Source: Octopus bimaculoides
Taxonomy: Eukaryota
Assembly (NCBI RefSeq): GCF_001194135.2
Contig: NC_068981.1
Span: 189,981,602 to 190,029,087, forward strand
Direction of reading: 5' to 3'
DNA length: 47,486 nt
Below the pieces are notes generated by a model, which made no database searches, had not been told where the DNA came from, and saw only the letters and a program-made list of their open reading frames with translations. Shown piece by piece: positions 13,046 to 26,205 of the stretch. Position 1 is the stretch's first letter. Every line of letters begins with the position of its first letter. A program made the position numbers and the translations under genes.

Positions 13046-13524
13046 TTCTATCAGCTCACCGCCTTAGACTTGTGTATTATTAGATAGAAAAAGATGAGAA
13101 AGATCAATCACGTAGTTACAAGTATGTACTTAGAAATTAATTGAATAAACAGAGGACAATTCACACAAATGAAGGATAAGATTGATAAGGACTATCCATC
13201 ATTATCAACGTAATCATCATCAAATGTCCAGTGTTCCAATCTTGCTGGAGTCCGACAGAATTTAGTGAGGTAGATTTTCTACAGCCGGATGCCCTTCCTA
13301 CTACCAGCCCTCAAGCAAGGTATTAAGTATCCCCATGGCAAGACACGTTATGTATGGAAGAGTGGAAGCGAACAACATCGATTGTTTGACAGTGATGTTT
13401 GATTACAACCATTATTTGATATCAAGGAAAGGTCGGTCCACACAAACACACACTTGGACATATACAACACTAATAAAAACATATACATGTACGCGCGTGA
13501 GCATGTGTGAGTGTGTAAATACAA

Positions 13525-13820
13525 GGAGCGAAAGCATGTGGTTTGGATGTTAGAGCATTCAGCTTACAATTTCAAGGTCATGAGTTCAATTCCTGGCAGC
13601 ATGTTGTCTCGTTGAGCAAGACACTTTATTTCACATAGGTCCAGTACACTCAGCTGGTAAAAATGAGTTGTACCTGTAATTCAAAGGGACCAGCCTTGCC
13701 ACATTCTGACCCATGCTGAATCTCTATGCGTGTCTGTGGAGTGCTCAGTCACTCGAACAATAATTTCATGAGCAGGCCGTTCCATTGATCAGATCAACTG
13801 GAACTCTCGTCGTCATATCA
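13525..13820 (+). mobile_element. tRNA-derived SINE family F
   Basis: Head with gagttcaattcctggc; centre gagcaagacactttatttcac...cactcagctggtaaaaatgagttgtacctg; homologues at 25975-26205 and 35405-35680. Confidence 0.75.
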
Positions 13821-14299
13821 GAGAGAGAGCCAGATAGATACAAGAAGCTTCTTTCAGTTTCCATCTACCAAATTCTGTCATAAAGTTTGCTCAGCCCGTA
13901 GCTCTAGTTGAAGACACCTACCCATGGGGCCACTCGGTGAGACTAAACGCAAACTTCTCAATTACACAGCCACATCGGTGCCAATTATAAAAGTACTATT
14001 TGTTTAATGCTAATCAATTCTCTCATTATACTGTCCTCAAAATGAGTTAGTTTTCATATTCTCAACTGGACACTACGTAAACAAGAATGATTACATAGGA
14101 AAACAAGCACAATAACTGTATATTGAATGCGCCACCCAAACATTTGACACAGAACAATTACCATGAATAGAAAACCTATCGACTAGAAGACTTATTAAAA
14201 ATATCTGCTGTAAGACTACAAAACTGTTTATTACAAAAAAAAGAGCTTTCACAAATAGCTAGACAAAAGCATGAACAAAAACTGTTTTCTGTTTCTCAC

Positions 14300-14360
<61 letters not shown>

Positions 14361-14570
14361 TATTTAACGTCTATCTTCCATGCTGGCATGAGCTGGATGG
14401 TTTGACAGGAGCTGGCAAGCTAGAGTGTTATACCAGGCTTAAGCTGTATGTTCTGTCATGATTTCCGCAGTTGGATGCTCTTTACAGAGTGTACTTTAGA
14501 GACTATACCGGGTGTTTCTTATGTGACACCAGCCCTGGTGCTTTTTACATGACACTGACACCAACAGGGT
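14300..14570. repeat. (CAT)n plus family D repeat
   Basis: catcatcattatttaacgtc...ccatgctggcatg...ggatgctc. Confidence 0.5.
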
Positions 14571-14721
14571 GGCAGACAAGAGAAAAGAAATAACTGCATC
14601 AAAATTTGTTACAAAAACTAAAAGCTAAGCTAAATTTAGGGCTTCAAAATGTCATGCTTAAAATAGTGGCAAGAAAAACCCTTACATGGCCAATGCCTTA
14701 TAAGGCTGAACAGAGCTGACA

Positions 14722-14892
14722 TACATTATTTACGTTATTTACATTTGACGGATATTTGTCCTCATCTTGTTTGTTGTTAACACAACGTTTCGGCTGATAC
14801 CCGCCAGCCTTCATCAGGTGTCTTGGAGAAATTTCGAACCTGGGTTCTCATTCCTAACGTATTTTTCGATGTTGTTGTTATTGTTATTGTTA

Positions 14893-14953
<61 letters not shown>

Positions 14954-15202
14954 NNNNNNNNNNNNNNNNNNNNNNNNNNNNNNNNNNNNNNNNNNNNNNN
15001 NNNNNNNNNNNNNNNNNNNNNNNNNNNNNNNNNNNNNNNNNNNNNNNNNNNNNNNNNNNNNNNNNNNNNNNNNNNNNNNNNNNNNNNNNNNNNNNNNNNN
15101 NNNNNNNNNNNNNNNNNNNNNNNNNNNNNNNNNNNNNNNNNNNNNNNNNNNNNNNNNNNNNNNNNNNNNNNNNNNNNNNNNNNNNNNNNNNNNNNNNNNN
15201 NN

Positions 15203-15269
<67 letters not shown>

Positions 15270-15451
15270 CATCGAAAAATACCTGAGGAATGAGGACCCA
15301 GGTTCGAAATTTCCCCAAGACACCTGATGAAGGCTGGAGGGTATATCAGCCAAAACGTTGTGTTAACAACAAACAAGATGCGGACAAATATCCGTCAAAT
15401 GTAAATAATGTAAATAACGTACATAATTCCTCTTCTTTTAAATATAGAACT
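14722..15451. mobile_element. Family C palindrome: two inverted hammerhead-bearing tails around (ATT)n-gap-(AAT)n
   Basis: 14722-14873 is the reverse complement of about 15268-15419; the right arm extends a further 32 nt to 15451. Confidence 0.8.
14779..14822 (-). ncRNA. Minimal type-I hammerhead ribozyme motif, intact core
   Basis: Minus strand reads GACAC-CTGATGA-A-GGCTG-gcgggtat-CAGCC-GAAAC-GT-T-GTGTT. Confidence 0.7.
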
Positions 15452-15611
15452 ATAAGAGCTGATATAGATAAGAAAAACTGTCAGCATGGACTAAGAGTCA
15501 TCGAACTATTCAGCAACAGTACTTTGGAGTAATTTGGTTAAATTACAGCAGCATTCGTCCTAAACCAGGACTGCCATGTTAAGTTTGGCAAGCAATCTTT
15601 ACTCTACACTG

Positions 15612-15790
15612 CCTTTGTTTTAATTAATTTTACAAATAAGAACAAATTTAGTAAAATAATTTTGACATTAATCTAATATTTAGAATATAAATTAACATGC
15701 AATTTTGACAGAAGGTTTTTATTTTTAAAAGAGAAAATTTGTATCAAAGAATAAAGAACAGTCTCAGACAGGTTGGTAGCAAAAGGATTC
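15612..15790. repeat. AT-rich interspersed repeat, possibly a TTAA-type MITE fragment
   Basis: tttgtttt...aattaatttt...aatttagtaaaataa is shared with 31752-31850, which starts ttaatcctt. Confidence 0.4.
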
Positions 15791-15811
15791 AGCAAAAAAA
15801 ATATGTAAAGA

Positions 15812-16027
15812 TTCTTTTCTAATCTAGGCACAAGGCCTGAAATTTTTGGGGAAGGGGCGAGTCGATTAGATCGACCCCAGTACGCAACTGGTACTTAATT
15901 TATCGACCCCGAAATGATAAAAGGCAGAGTCGACCTCGGCGGAATTTGAACTCAGAACGTAAAGACAGACAAAATACCGCTAAGCATTTCGCCCGGTGTG
16001 CTAACATTTCTGCCAGCTCGCCGCCTT
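15812..16027 (-). mobile_element. SINE family B (B2 tail), full length
   Basis: Ends ...ttctgccagctcgccgcc, the reverse complement of the family-B head. Confidence 0.9.
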
Positions 16028-16362
16028 AGAATATATAAAGAGGGAGAAGAACTTGCTTCTAGAAATCGACCATTCTTTATCACGAGAAAAATAATCTACA
16101 GACATGACATTATTAAGGATTTCATGCATTATAAATGAGCATTATGAAATGATAGATGATGTCTCAGAGAATAAGTATATGTTAATCCACATAGTTGCTA
16201 GATCAAGGCATCTTCACAAGATATTGTAATCAAGTACTCCCAGAAAATAGCATGCTTCTTCACCAATGTTATCTCTTTTATATCTTCAAATAATCCCAAT
16301 ATATATATTACAGAGAAATAATCCAAATATAAATATTTGAAAATAGAAGTAACCAAAATTTG

Positions 16363-16565
16363 AGGTGCAGCACGGAATTTTGTCAGTGAACAAGTCACGG
16401 TTTCAAAGCGACGAAAATATTTTAGCAAATTAAATTTAAATGTTGAAGTGAATCTAACCGTTTTCTATGTTTTTAAATGGCTTGTAAACACCTTCCACGC
16501 TGAAATTGTTTTTGTTTCAGCACACGATCTCAGATCAGGCCACTTGCTATGCAAGTACATCTCCG
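16363..16565 (+). mobile_element. Variant-hammerhead repeat, copy 2 (motif at 16381-16427)
   Basis: TGTCA-GTGAACA-A-GTCAC-ggtttcaaa-GCGAC-GAAA-ATAT-T-T-TAGCA: same G3:C8 core, with one mismatch in each of stems I and II. Confidence 0.6.
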
Positions 16566-16589
16566 AAACAAAATTTGAATGAATTTCTT

Positions 16590-16890
16590 ACCAACCACTT
16601 GGGCAAGTGTCTTCTACTATAGCGTCGGGCCGAACAAAGCCTTGTGAGTGGATTTGGTAGACGGAAACTGGAAGAAGCCCGTCGTATATGTATATATATT
16701 TATGTGTGTGTGTTTGTGTGTCTGTTTGTCTCCCCGGCACCGCTTGACAACCGATGCTGGTGCGTTTACGTCCCCGTAACTTAGTGATTCGGCAAAAGAT
16801 ACCGATAGAATAAGTACTAGGCTTACAAAGAATAAGCTCTGGGGTCGATTTGCTTGACTATAAAGGTGGTACTCAAGTAAAAGAGTAAAG
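16590..16890 (+). mobile_element. SINE family A with internal deletions
   Basis: ttgggcaagtgtcttctactatag...gaataagtactaggcttacaaag. Confidence 0.85.
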
Positions 16891-17328
16891 AGTATCTCTA
16901 TATTGACAAGGGCTTTTGAAATCATTTAAAAAATGCAGACAGTTACATAATCTAAATTTCAGGATATNNNNNNNNNNNNNNNNNNNNNNNNNNNNNNNNN
17001 NNNNNNNNNNNNNNNNNNNNNNNNNNNNNNNNNNNNNNNNNNNNNNNNNNNNNNNNNNNNNNNNNNNNNNNNNNNNNNNNNNNNNNNNNNNNNNNNNNNN
17101 NNNNNNNNNNNNNNNNNNNNNNNNNNNNNNNNNNNNNNNNNNNNNNNNNNNNNNNNNNNNNNNNNNNNNNNNNNNNNNNNNNNNNNNNNNNNNNNNNNNN
17201 NNNNNNNNNNNNNNNNNNNNNNNNNNNNNNNNNNNNNNNNNNNNNNNNNNNNNNNNNNNNNNNNNNNNNNNNNNNNNNNNNNNNNNNNNNNNNNNNNNNN
17301 NNNNNNNNNNNNNNNNNNNNNNNNNNNN

Positions 17329-17408
<80 letters not shown>

Positions 17409-17639
17409 GACAGAGACAGATAATGAATACTTAAATTATTTTCGATACATTTTGGGGTTACTTTCAATGTAATAATAAAAAAACACAGTTAAACCACTCA
17501 GAGTTGATATTCATTGTGCAGTGTAAAAATGCTCAAACAATATTCTAAACAAAAACATGACAGATTTGAAGGGAAAATTAGGGATATTAAAAAAATGCAC
17601 TAACAATGCAAGCATATCTCAGTGTAACTAATGAGGAAT

Positions 17640-18540
17640 TCAGCAAAACGGTAAAGACTGCAAGTAACTGGGAAAACATCCTTGAATTGAATATGTTCCT
17701 TATTTTGGGTTGAATTACTGAACCAATATTCATGAACCTATGGCAACAGCGTTGAAAGAATTAGTAAACAGACCAGGATCAATATATAAAAGAAAGAAAG
17801 AAAACAGTATTGATTCGCCAAAACAAACAAACCAGACATTTGCAAACCTTCAGATTTTTATCTTTTTTGACAACAGCATAGAAAGCTCTTGCATACATAT
17901 TATGTAACATGTTGGCTTCTCATCTGGAAAACATTGCAATCTTCCTAGAGAAACAAAATGAGTGTCTGAAAGGGTTGTTTGCTTATAATGAGCAGCTAAT
18001 GTCGAACTGGGCAATTATAGTAGACAGGAAGAAGAGAAGACAGAAATTAGCTTGGTATGGATTGATTACTAAAAAGCATTTGACAGTGTACCATGCCTTC
18101 AAATAACGTTGGAGAAATGCCATATAAATAATCTAACTCCAATACTTGCACAGAAAATGGTAAACAACTACTTTGATGCAGAGCAAACAAATGATGAGAT
18201 GATAATTTAAAACTGTTTCCTTTATACCTTTGTTTGTCTCTGAATCCATTAAAAAATCTGCCGACAGAAACCACCATTAAGTATAAATGATATGGCCAAA
18301 TTATAAATCATCTCTGTATGGATGATTTTAAGTTATCTACAAAGGACAGCACACAGTTAGAGAACCCATTGACGATTGTACATGAATTCATCAATGATGT
18401 AAAAAGTATGCAGTTAAAAATATGTGCTGAAAACTCGTTAAGAAGTAAGTTAATTAAATCTGAGAACATTGAATTTGATCCGCACAATGAAATATGGACA
18501 AAATCATTCACAGGAATACTTAGAAATAGTTGAAGCTGAA
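17640..18540 (+). mobile_element. Second decayed R4/Dong-type RT fragment
   Basis: HEPMATALKELVNRP; ASHLENIAIFLEKQNECLKG...; ISLVWIDY*KAFDSVP (18046-18093); LCLSLNPLKNL; CMDDFKLSTKDSTQLENPLTIVHEF. Confidence 0.8.
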
Positions 18541-18599
18541 ATGATATAAGTCAAGTAAATGAAGACGCCCAAATACTTCAGAAGAGTGAGACTAATATT

Positions 18600-18812
18600 G
18601 GTTCTAAATTTTGACTCAGGGCCAGCAATTTCGAGGGAGGAGTAAGTCAGTTTCATTGATCCTGGTATTCAACTGGTACTGAGATCGTTGACCTCAAAGA
18701 GACGAATGTCTAAGACAACCTCAGCAGTATTTGAACTCAGAACATAAAGACAGACAAAATGCCATCAAGCATTTTCCCCCGGCATTCTAACGATTCTGCC
18801 AACTAACCACCT
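18600..18812 (-). mobile_element. Degenerate SINE family B
   Basis: atttgaactcagaacataaagacagac...ctaacgattctgcca. Confidence 0.75.
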
Positions 18813-21800
18813 CATGACTGAGACTAACATTAAAACCGAAATTTAATGCCAGTAATAAAGTACTCAATACAATTAAACTATAACTTCAATATAATAAATT
18901 GAAAGTTAATTAAATTGAAGAACTAAGTTAGAAAAATAAGAAGACTACTGATGGAATTCTGAAGCCATCGTTTTAAAGCTGATTTAAGATAGGATATTCC
19001 TCTCTTGCGCACGCAAGAGTCTGATACAAATAGAGAATCAAATGAGAAAATGGTCTGTTTCATATATCTACTTTTCTTTAGTCATAAACTTAAAGAAAAT
19101 TTCTGTTTCCTTTTCCTGTTATCTTTTCCAATTAACTAAAATATTCCTCACTCCCTTTCTCTTTCTATATTAGCCTTATCATCATAAGAACATTAACAAA
19201 TCCTCTTCTGATTCTTCGATCAATTCGACTGGTTTTCCATGTTACTCTTGTTCATTTGATGAAGCACATTTCCGTAAACGCAGCTAAATTTAACTAATTC
19301 ATCTCAGAACAATATTACTAGCTAAGTACTGATAAGAGAATAACATTCAATATTGTCTTATAAGATGTGTACGTGTATGTGTGTGTGTGTTTGTGTGTGT
19401 GTGTGTGCGAGGGCGTGTGCATGTGAGTGATGAGTGAGTGAATGAATGTGTGCACGTGCGCACGCACTCATACACACACGCACACTCACATATACACGCA
19501 TATCCTTCCTCCTACTAGCATGGAATGAAAACTTCTTATGATAACATATTATTGTAGTCATGATTAACACAACTGAAGCCAGTTGACTATGTAAATATTT
19601 CCTTTCATACGTAATTTTTATGGTTATTTTTTGGAGCAACGGTTCTGATTTTAGCAAGTGGTATTATATACCCTACTTAATCTTAAATTACTTTATAATG
19701 TGCCTGTAAAGGCGTGAACTTGTTAGCCACCTTATTATTACTATAAATAACGGTAATAACACTTCTTTATTTATATATATACATATGTACATGACTCAAT
19801 GCATAATTGAGTCATACATGACTCAACGCATAAGTGTAGATTATTCTTATTACTCCTGTCAGCATTCTTAAACTGCTGTCATATTAACGACTTACCAACA
19901 TTTACACTTTCCCAACATTTACACATTCTTTTTCAGACTGTAGGTGTGATGATGATAATATTCGATCCTTCTTTACCTTATGTTTTTTCCCTGGATAAAT
20001 ATATTCAGATGTCAACACAAGAACTGTTCTTCCATTCTATGGTTTCTTATATTTTCTTTTAAGAAAAATCTGCTTAAATGTCTTTTTCGTCTGGGCGATG
20101 CAAGCGAAAAAAAGTAAAACGATGGCGGCGACGACAGCATCAAAGATGAGGAGGATGATATGATATTGTATACCCAGATCATTAGAAAACTGTTCTACGT
20201 TTAATTTCCTTTAATTTCATGAAATATGAGCAATGGAAAAAATATATGCCAGTTACCTATAGATACAATAGTATTAGAAGTAAAAATCTTTTAAATATAT
20301 CCAGATGCATTGCTTCACTTATTTTAATTACTGTCTTATATAAACATTTTGAAATCTACTGCTTGTGAGTGAAATTATATAAAAAACGTAGAAACAAGTG
20401 ACTTGCAGAAAGTGGTTAATGATCATAAAATGTCTCTAGATATTTGTGTTCATGATGAAAGCAATCTAACTCTCTCGTCTAGTGAATCAATACACGTGAA
20501 CACGTCAAATTGCAGTGTATAAATGATGGGATAGAATAAATGTGTGAAAAGGGAAGAAACAGATATTGACATCAAATGTATTTGGTTCTTCATTTGAAAT
20601 CCGAAGTAGAGGCGCAGGCTACGTGGCTCTGTGGTAAGAAGTTTGCTTCTCAACCACATAGTTACTGGGAGGTCCATGATATTTTGTTCGTAATGCGACT
20701 GTTTTGGTACTTACACACATGCATGCATTCAACTATGTTCTTCCAAATTGTCTGCTCAAACACGGAAAACAGCAGCTTATTTGCCAATACAGCACTTAAG
20801 CCATTTCTTGGAAAGAAGAACCTTCAGCATATGTGCTGATATTCATCCTTTAACCTACGCATTATTTTCCAACATGGATAAATACTTCCCAAGAGGCATC
20901 AAACATCTAGATTAAATTTCAGTTTACTGTGGATATACCTTATATCAACGGAGCGGAAAATATTTGCAACAAAAGTACAATCTCATTTTCCTATCAATAC
21001 TTTGCATTCCCGATACACTCAGGCTTATTTTTTCCTGCACAAAAAATTCTTTTTTTAAAGTTTCAAAACGAAAAGAAAAAATAAGTGCAAAACTTTACCT
21101 ATCTTACGAACTTATCATTGTTACATAGACATTCTTTCAGCATTTATTCTGCATTCAATGTCTGTTTTTTTTTTTACTCGTTCTTTTCGGAGTTGTGTTG
21201 GGCCTATTATTTTTTTATGTAAATGATCTGTTTTATTATTTCGTTTTTTTTTTCCTTTTTTTTTTACTTTCACTGGAAGGAGTCAGCTTGTAGCGAAGAT
21301 TCGAAACCTAACTGCTAGATACTCACTCAGACACTCCGAGTGAGCTATCACAGTTTTACGTGGTTGGTCTATAAATTGACCAATCATCACGAGGCTGTAG
21401 CATGATATGGTTTCTTTGAATGTCCTAAAATTTGACATCCTGTCCCTTATGAAAACCGTTTTGACGCGTTCAGTGTTTGTGATTTTGCTTCAGTTATTCT
21501 ACACGCAGTTTTTCTCCAACAGTGAAAGGTCCAGCAGCGATACATATTTTGCAACACAAGAAACAAGCAAACCCTTCACGGTACGCCTTTTCTGCAATCA
21601 GATAGTTATGGTAGCCGAATGGTATGAACGATAAAGAATTGATGAGTGTAAAGAATGAGATGTCGAGGAAGCTTTACAGGGCAAAGAGAACGGAGATGAG
21701 ACAGCTTTGCACGTACCAGCATTTATTAAGGTGGTTTGAGGATATCAATTCTGTTGTGGTGGGCGGGTTTTCTCAAGCACAGCAAAGCACCAGTTTTCTT

Positions 21801-21914
21801 TTGTTTTCTCTTCCATAAGGCTCAGCATCTTAAGATCGAAATGCCTCATGTATAGGACATTTGCTGAGATAATACACTGTATTTTATCAAGCTATTCCAC
21901 ACAAGCTCTGAGAA

Positions 21915-22600
21915 ATTTTTTTTTTATATACCCGGGCCTGTTCCCCATTTTTCAGGAAGGGTTAGCCACAACAAGACATACACCAGCATTCCATTCATTT
22001 CCCAACTCAAAGAGGCGAACCCCGTTCTATGCTCGTGTCAAGGCATAGATCGCAACCCTCGATATCAGCAACCCCCAATATCAACCTTTTATTTCTCAGC
22101 ATACCTTTCATAACTCTAAGTATCTTACTCACCACCTCACTCTGTGTCCCATTTCCTCTGCCAACCTTGCCCCATCTGCCATCACATGTGATCCCATATA
22201 CTTAAACTCACTCACCTCCTCTAACATCTTATCATTTATACTCACATCCATCCTACCTGGCATTCCATCTTTCGAATATCTCATCACTTTACTCTTAGCT
22301 ACATTCGCTTTCGGTTTCCGCCTCTCACACACTCTTCCAAACTCTACCACCAGTCTCCTCAGTTGCTCTTCCGAATTCGCTACTTGTGTTGTATCATCAA
22401 CAAACAACATCTGACTCACCTGTCATTTCTCTTCATTTTCTCTCACCATTTACCAAAGTTTCTAGCATTTACTTCTCTCACCATAATATCCACGTATATA
22501 AATCAAACAGCCACGGAGATATCACACAACGTTGTCTTAACTCTACCTTCACATCAAACCACTCATTTACTTCACCACCCACCCTAACGCACGCTCGATA
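21915..22600 (-). mobile_element. RTE-type LINE fragment: RT core joined by an internal deletion to the 3' UTR
   Basis: RACVRVGGEVNEWFDVKVELRQRCVISPWLF, then SQMLFVDDT...RVCERRKPKANVAKSKVM...FKYMGS; 3' UTR shared with 1900-2050. Confidence 0.85.
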
Positions 22601-23384
22601 AATTTATAGCGACAAAATAAACTCATTAATATAAGCCGCATCCACTGAGTTAAAAAAGAAAATGGGACACCTCCTCAAAATTGATGTTATATGAATATCA
22701 GCACAAACTAAATAATGTGAAAAACAGACATACAGGAAGACTAAACAATAATAATAGTAGATCGCTTCAAACCTTAACGAAATCAATAACGGAAAGACAC
22801 AACTGAAAAAAATATATATATGAAGGAAAGATAAATAGTATAGAAATATATTGTAACAAAATAAAGTAGCCAAATCAATGATCGTCTGCAATAAGAAATC
22901 CTCGCAAACTCGTAAAGAAACCGTCGTTATCAAAAACAGTGTTTCTTTGAAGAAAATGACCAGTTAGACTCCAATTTAAATCAATTTTACCAGGGACTGG
23001 TTAAAAATAATATAGAAATCAATGCCACACCAATAGCATGAGACGTAGATGAATTCCGGGAGTGATAATAGATAAAGAAAAAGAAAAAGCACAACGGGTG
23101 GGACAAGACAACAAACGTAGAACCTGAGAAATCAGTGGAGTTTTCTAGACGTTACGAACAATAAACAACTGGAAGGCACCAAGAAATGATAAATTTCAAA
23201 AACATTTGTGTGAAATAGTAAAAGACACGTACAATGGGTAATACAATATTTAATAAAACGCTTACAGAAGAGAAAACAACCCGTGACTGATTCACTAAGT
23301 GGGAAGTTGTCTTAATCTTAAGACTAAAGAAATGGCAAACCCTAAAAGCGACAGCACACAGAGCTTTATCGATAACAGTTGTTT

Positions 23385-23790
23385 CTAATTTAGGGACAAA
23401 GCCAGCAATTTTGAGGGGAAAGAGGTTAGTCAATTATAGTGACCTCAGTATTTGACTGGTACTTCATTTTATCGACCTCTGGGTGATGAAAAATAAGGCT
23501 GACTTCGACAGGATTTGAAATCAGAGTGTAAAAACCTAGAACAAACACCGGAAACTATTTTTTCTTTATTCTTTAATCATATTGTCAGCTTATCAACTTG
23601 TAATTTCTAATTTAGACAGAAATCCAGCAATGTGATGAGAGGGGGAGGTAGTCGGTTAAATCGATCTGGATGAGAATGTTATTTTATTGACCCATCAGGG
23701 ATGAAAAGCAAAGTTGATTTCTTGGCGGCATCTAAACTCATAATTAAAGAACCGAAAGAAATAGTGCAACGTATTTCGTCCGGCGCTCCA
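23385..23790 (-). mobile_element. Two old, degenerate family-B-like SINE copies
   Basis: ttttatcgacctct..gatgaaaa and gatgaaaagcaaagttga...gtatttcgtccggcgc. Confidence 0.55.
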
Positions 23791-24526
23791 ATGTGTTTGT
23801 CAATCAAGTATAATTTAAGCACAAGACCCGCACTGTTAAGAAGAGTGGATTATGATTAAGTCGGTTACTTTATTTTATTGATAAAATAAAGTACTTGACT
23901 GATACTTTATTTTATTAATTTCGGAAGGATAAAAGACAGAGCTGAATTAATAACATAAAGAATTGGAAGAAATGCCGCCTGACATTTTGTCCGAGCTTTA
24001 CTTAGAACAAAATGGAACGTCTCCATTAACATCAGTAAAATAAGTACGAACAAATTGTAAGAATATGACAGACATGTTGAAGAATATATTGTATAAGTAA
24101 TACATTGATTTATTAGTGAAATTTTATTGTCTGTTACCAAATATAAGTAATGCATTGCAAATGTTCATAATGGTCATCGATCGGCCATTATATGTAAACA
24201 AACTAACGGAGCACAAATCGAATCAACACCAAACTGATACAGTAACCTCAGCCTCGCCAACCACACATTCAAGTTACGTATTTGTCAAAAGCGAATAACC
24301 CGTTACCGACAAAAATTATGACAATCTAAATAAATATTCGGACTTATCTCACAAATATAACAGAAACAGAAGAAAAGGATGCAAGAAGGATACGATTGTA
24401 AAATACACAAATATTTTACGACTACATTTTATCCGAAAACCGCAACTATAACAATAATTTCATAAGAAAATATACCCTGATCTACAAGTACAATGCTTTT
24501 GAATTCCAAAAGCACAACTAATTTAA

Positions 24527-24582
<56 letters not shown>

Positions 24583-25840
24583 TCCACGTCAAAAACGCAG
24601 CAGACATGGAAGTCGAGCGTTTGAAATAAAAAATTCGTAATTGAAACACAAACAATGGACAAATATGAAACAATAAAGGAGCAAAAGAATGTAATAATTT
24701 TAAAACAAACAAAAAAACAACATTGAGGTCATAATCCGTGAAGATGGACATAAACAGGCAAAATAGAAAGGAAATAACACGCAAAAAAGCCAAACCCGAG
24801 TCTACTACTGAATATTTACAACCAAAAACGGAAACAAAATATCACGAAGGAGGTTATAGATCAAAGGAAATATGAGACAGAACGTATATAATTCCAGCAA
24901 TGTATTTGACAGTAATCTAAACATGGAAATACATTAAGTATTAAAATCAATAGATCTTCCTATAGATAATGCCGGTAATTCCTAGGTATAAATATTAACA
25001 AAGAAAATAGCAACAACAAACGTAAATACGGCCATTGCATGCACAATAAAAACAAGTATGATCATAAATATCACCAAAATAAACTAAATAATATTGGCAT
25101 TATTCACTGTAGTTACGAAAGAAAGTGTTTATTTCCCCGAAACAGCTGTTATATGAATACCAAAACAAAGTAAACGTTATGAAAAGCAGCGTTACAGAGG
25201 AAAGTGAGCAATTGTAACAATAGAACATTCACACCTCGATGAAATCAATTATGAAAAGACACAACCGAAAGACAATCATAAAAAAAGACAAATTTAAGAA
25301 ACGGCTGTTACTCTCTGCACTAAGAAACTTGTCTTTTTCTCTTGAATCTTAAACTAGCGACATCTATGAAACAAAAAAATTACAAAACTTTCCTCCGGAT
25401 TCTAATTAATTTCATCTTTAATTTTAATGAAATGTCTCACTCTTCGTAAGATGTCTAATTTATAAGTTACAGGTTAAGTAATGCTGAAGATTCATGAAAA
25501 AGATGAAATAGACAGACGTATGCATGATTATCACCAACTAAAAGTTGCAAGAAATTGCTAAAAGATAAAAAAAAATTAATATGTGAACTTTATGTATCTT
25601 CTTCCTCATATTCTTTAATTTCGAATAGAAATTTCTAACCGTGCCTCACAAGAGACCCGACCCTACCCCACAAATACTATAGAAATAGAGAATCCCCAAC
25701 AGAAAAAAAGTAATCAGATCAACGGATGTCTGAAATAAGTGATTGTGGCTAAAACGCAAACAAATTGCCGTTATGAACACAACGATTTTGGGGACAAGGT
25801 GACGAGTCAGACTCCAATCTAAGTCTATTTTATGTAAAAC

Positions 25841-25915
25841 CTCTAGCGTAGGTAGAGTGGGTGGGGCGGTCGGGGTGGTCCACTCCGGGCGGCACACACT
25901 CTAGCTTCGCTAGTG
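25841..25915. repeat. GC-rich 75-bp inverted-repeat mini-element
   Basis: ctctagcgtaggtagagtgggtg matches the reverse complement of cacacactctagcttcgctagtg at 19/23; no TSD seen. Confidence 0.45.
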
Positions 25916-25974
25916 TGGAGAGAAATTCAAGTGGGACTGATATGGAGGTTGTAAGGTGGAGACAAAACAAATTA

Positions 25975-26205
25975 GGTGCATTGTACCCTTGAGCAACACA
26001 CTTTATCTCACATTGCCCCAGTCCACTCAGCTGGCTAAAATGAGTTGTACCTGTATTTCAAAGGGCCAGCCTTGTCACATTCTGTATCGCGCTGAATCTC
26101 CCTGAGAACGTTGTTAAGGGTACACGTGTCTGTACGTTAATTTCCCGAGCAGGATTTTCCGTTGATCCGATCAACAGGAACCCTCGTTGTCGTAACCGAA
26201 GGCGT
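25975..26205 (+). mobile_element. SINE family F, body and tail
   Basis: gagcaacacactttat...ccactcagctggctaaaatgagttgtacctgtatttcaaagggccagcc. Confidence 0.75.

Noticed and set aside
15319-15364. Hammerhead motif in the right arm (also 6280-6325 and 5999-6043)
   Set aside because: Core mutated (G12 to A here; GATAT at about 6313; GAAAT plus a stem I mismatch at about 6003-6011); counted as decayed copies, not active ribozymes.
19977-20090. Minus-strand 114-nt exon-like unit with good splice sites
   Set aside because: Stops in all three frames and no independent support; such signals arise often in AT-rich DNA.
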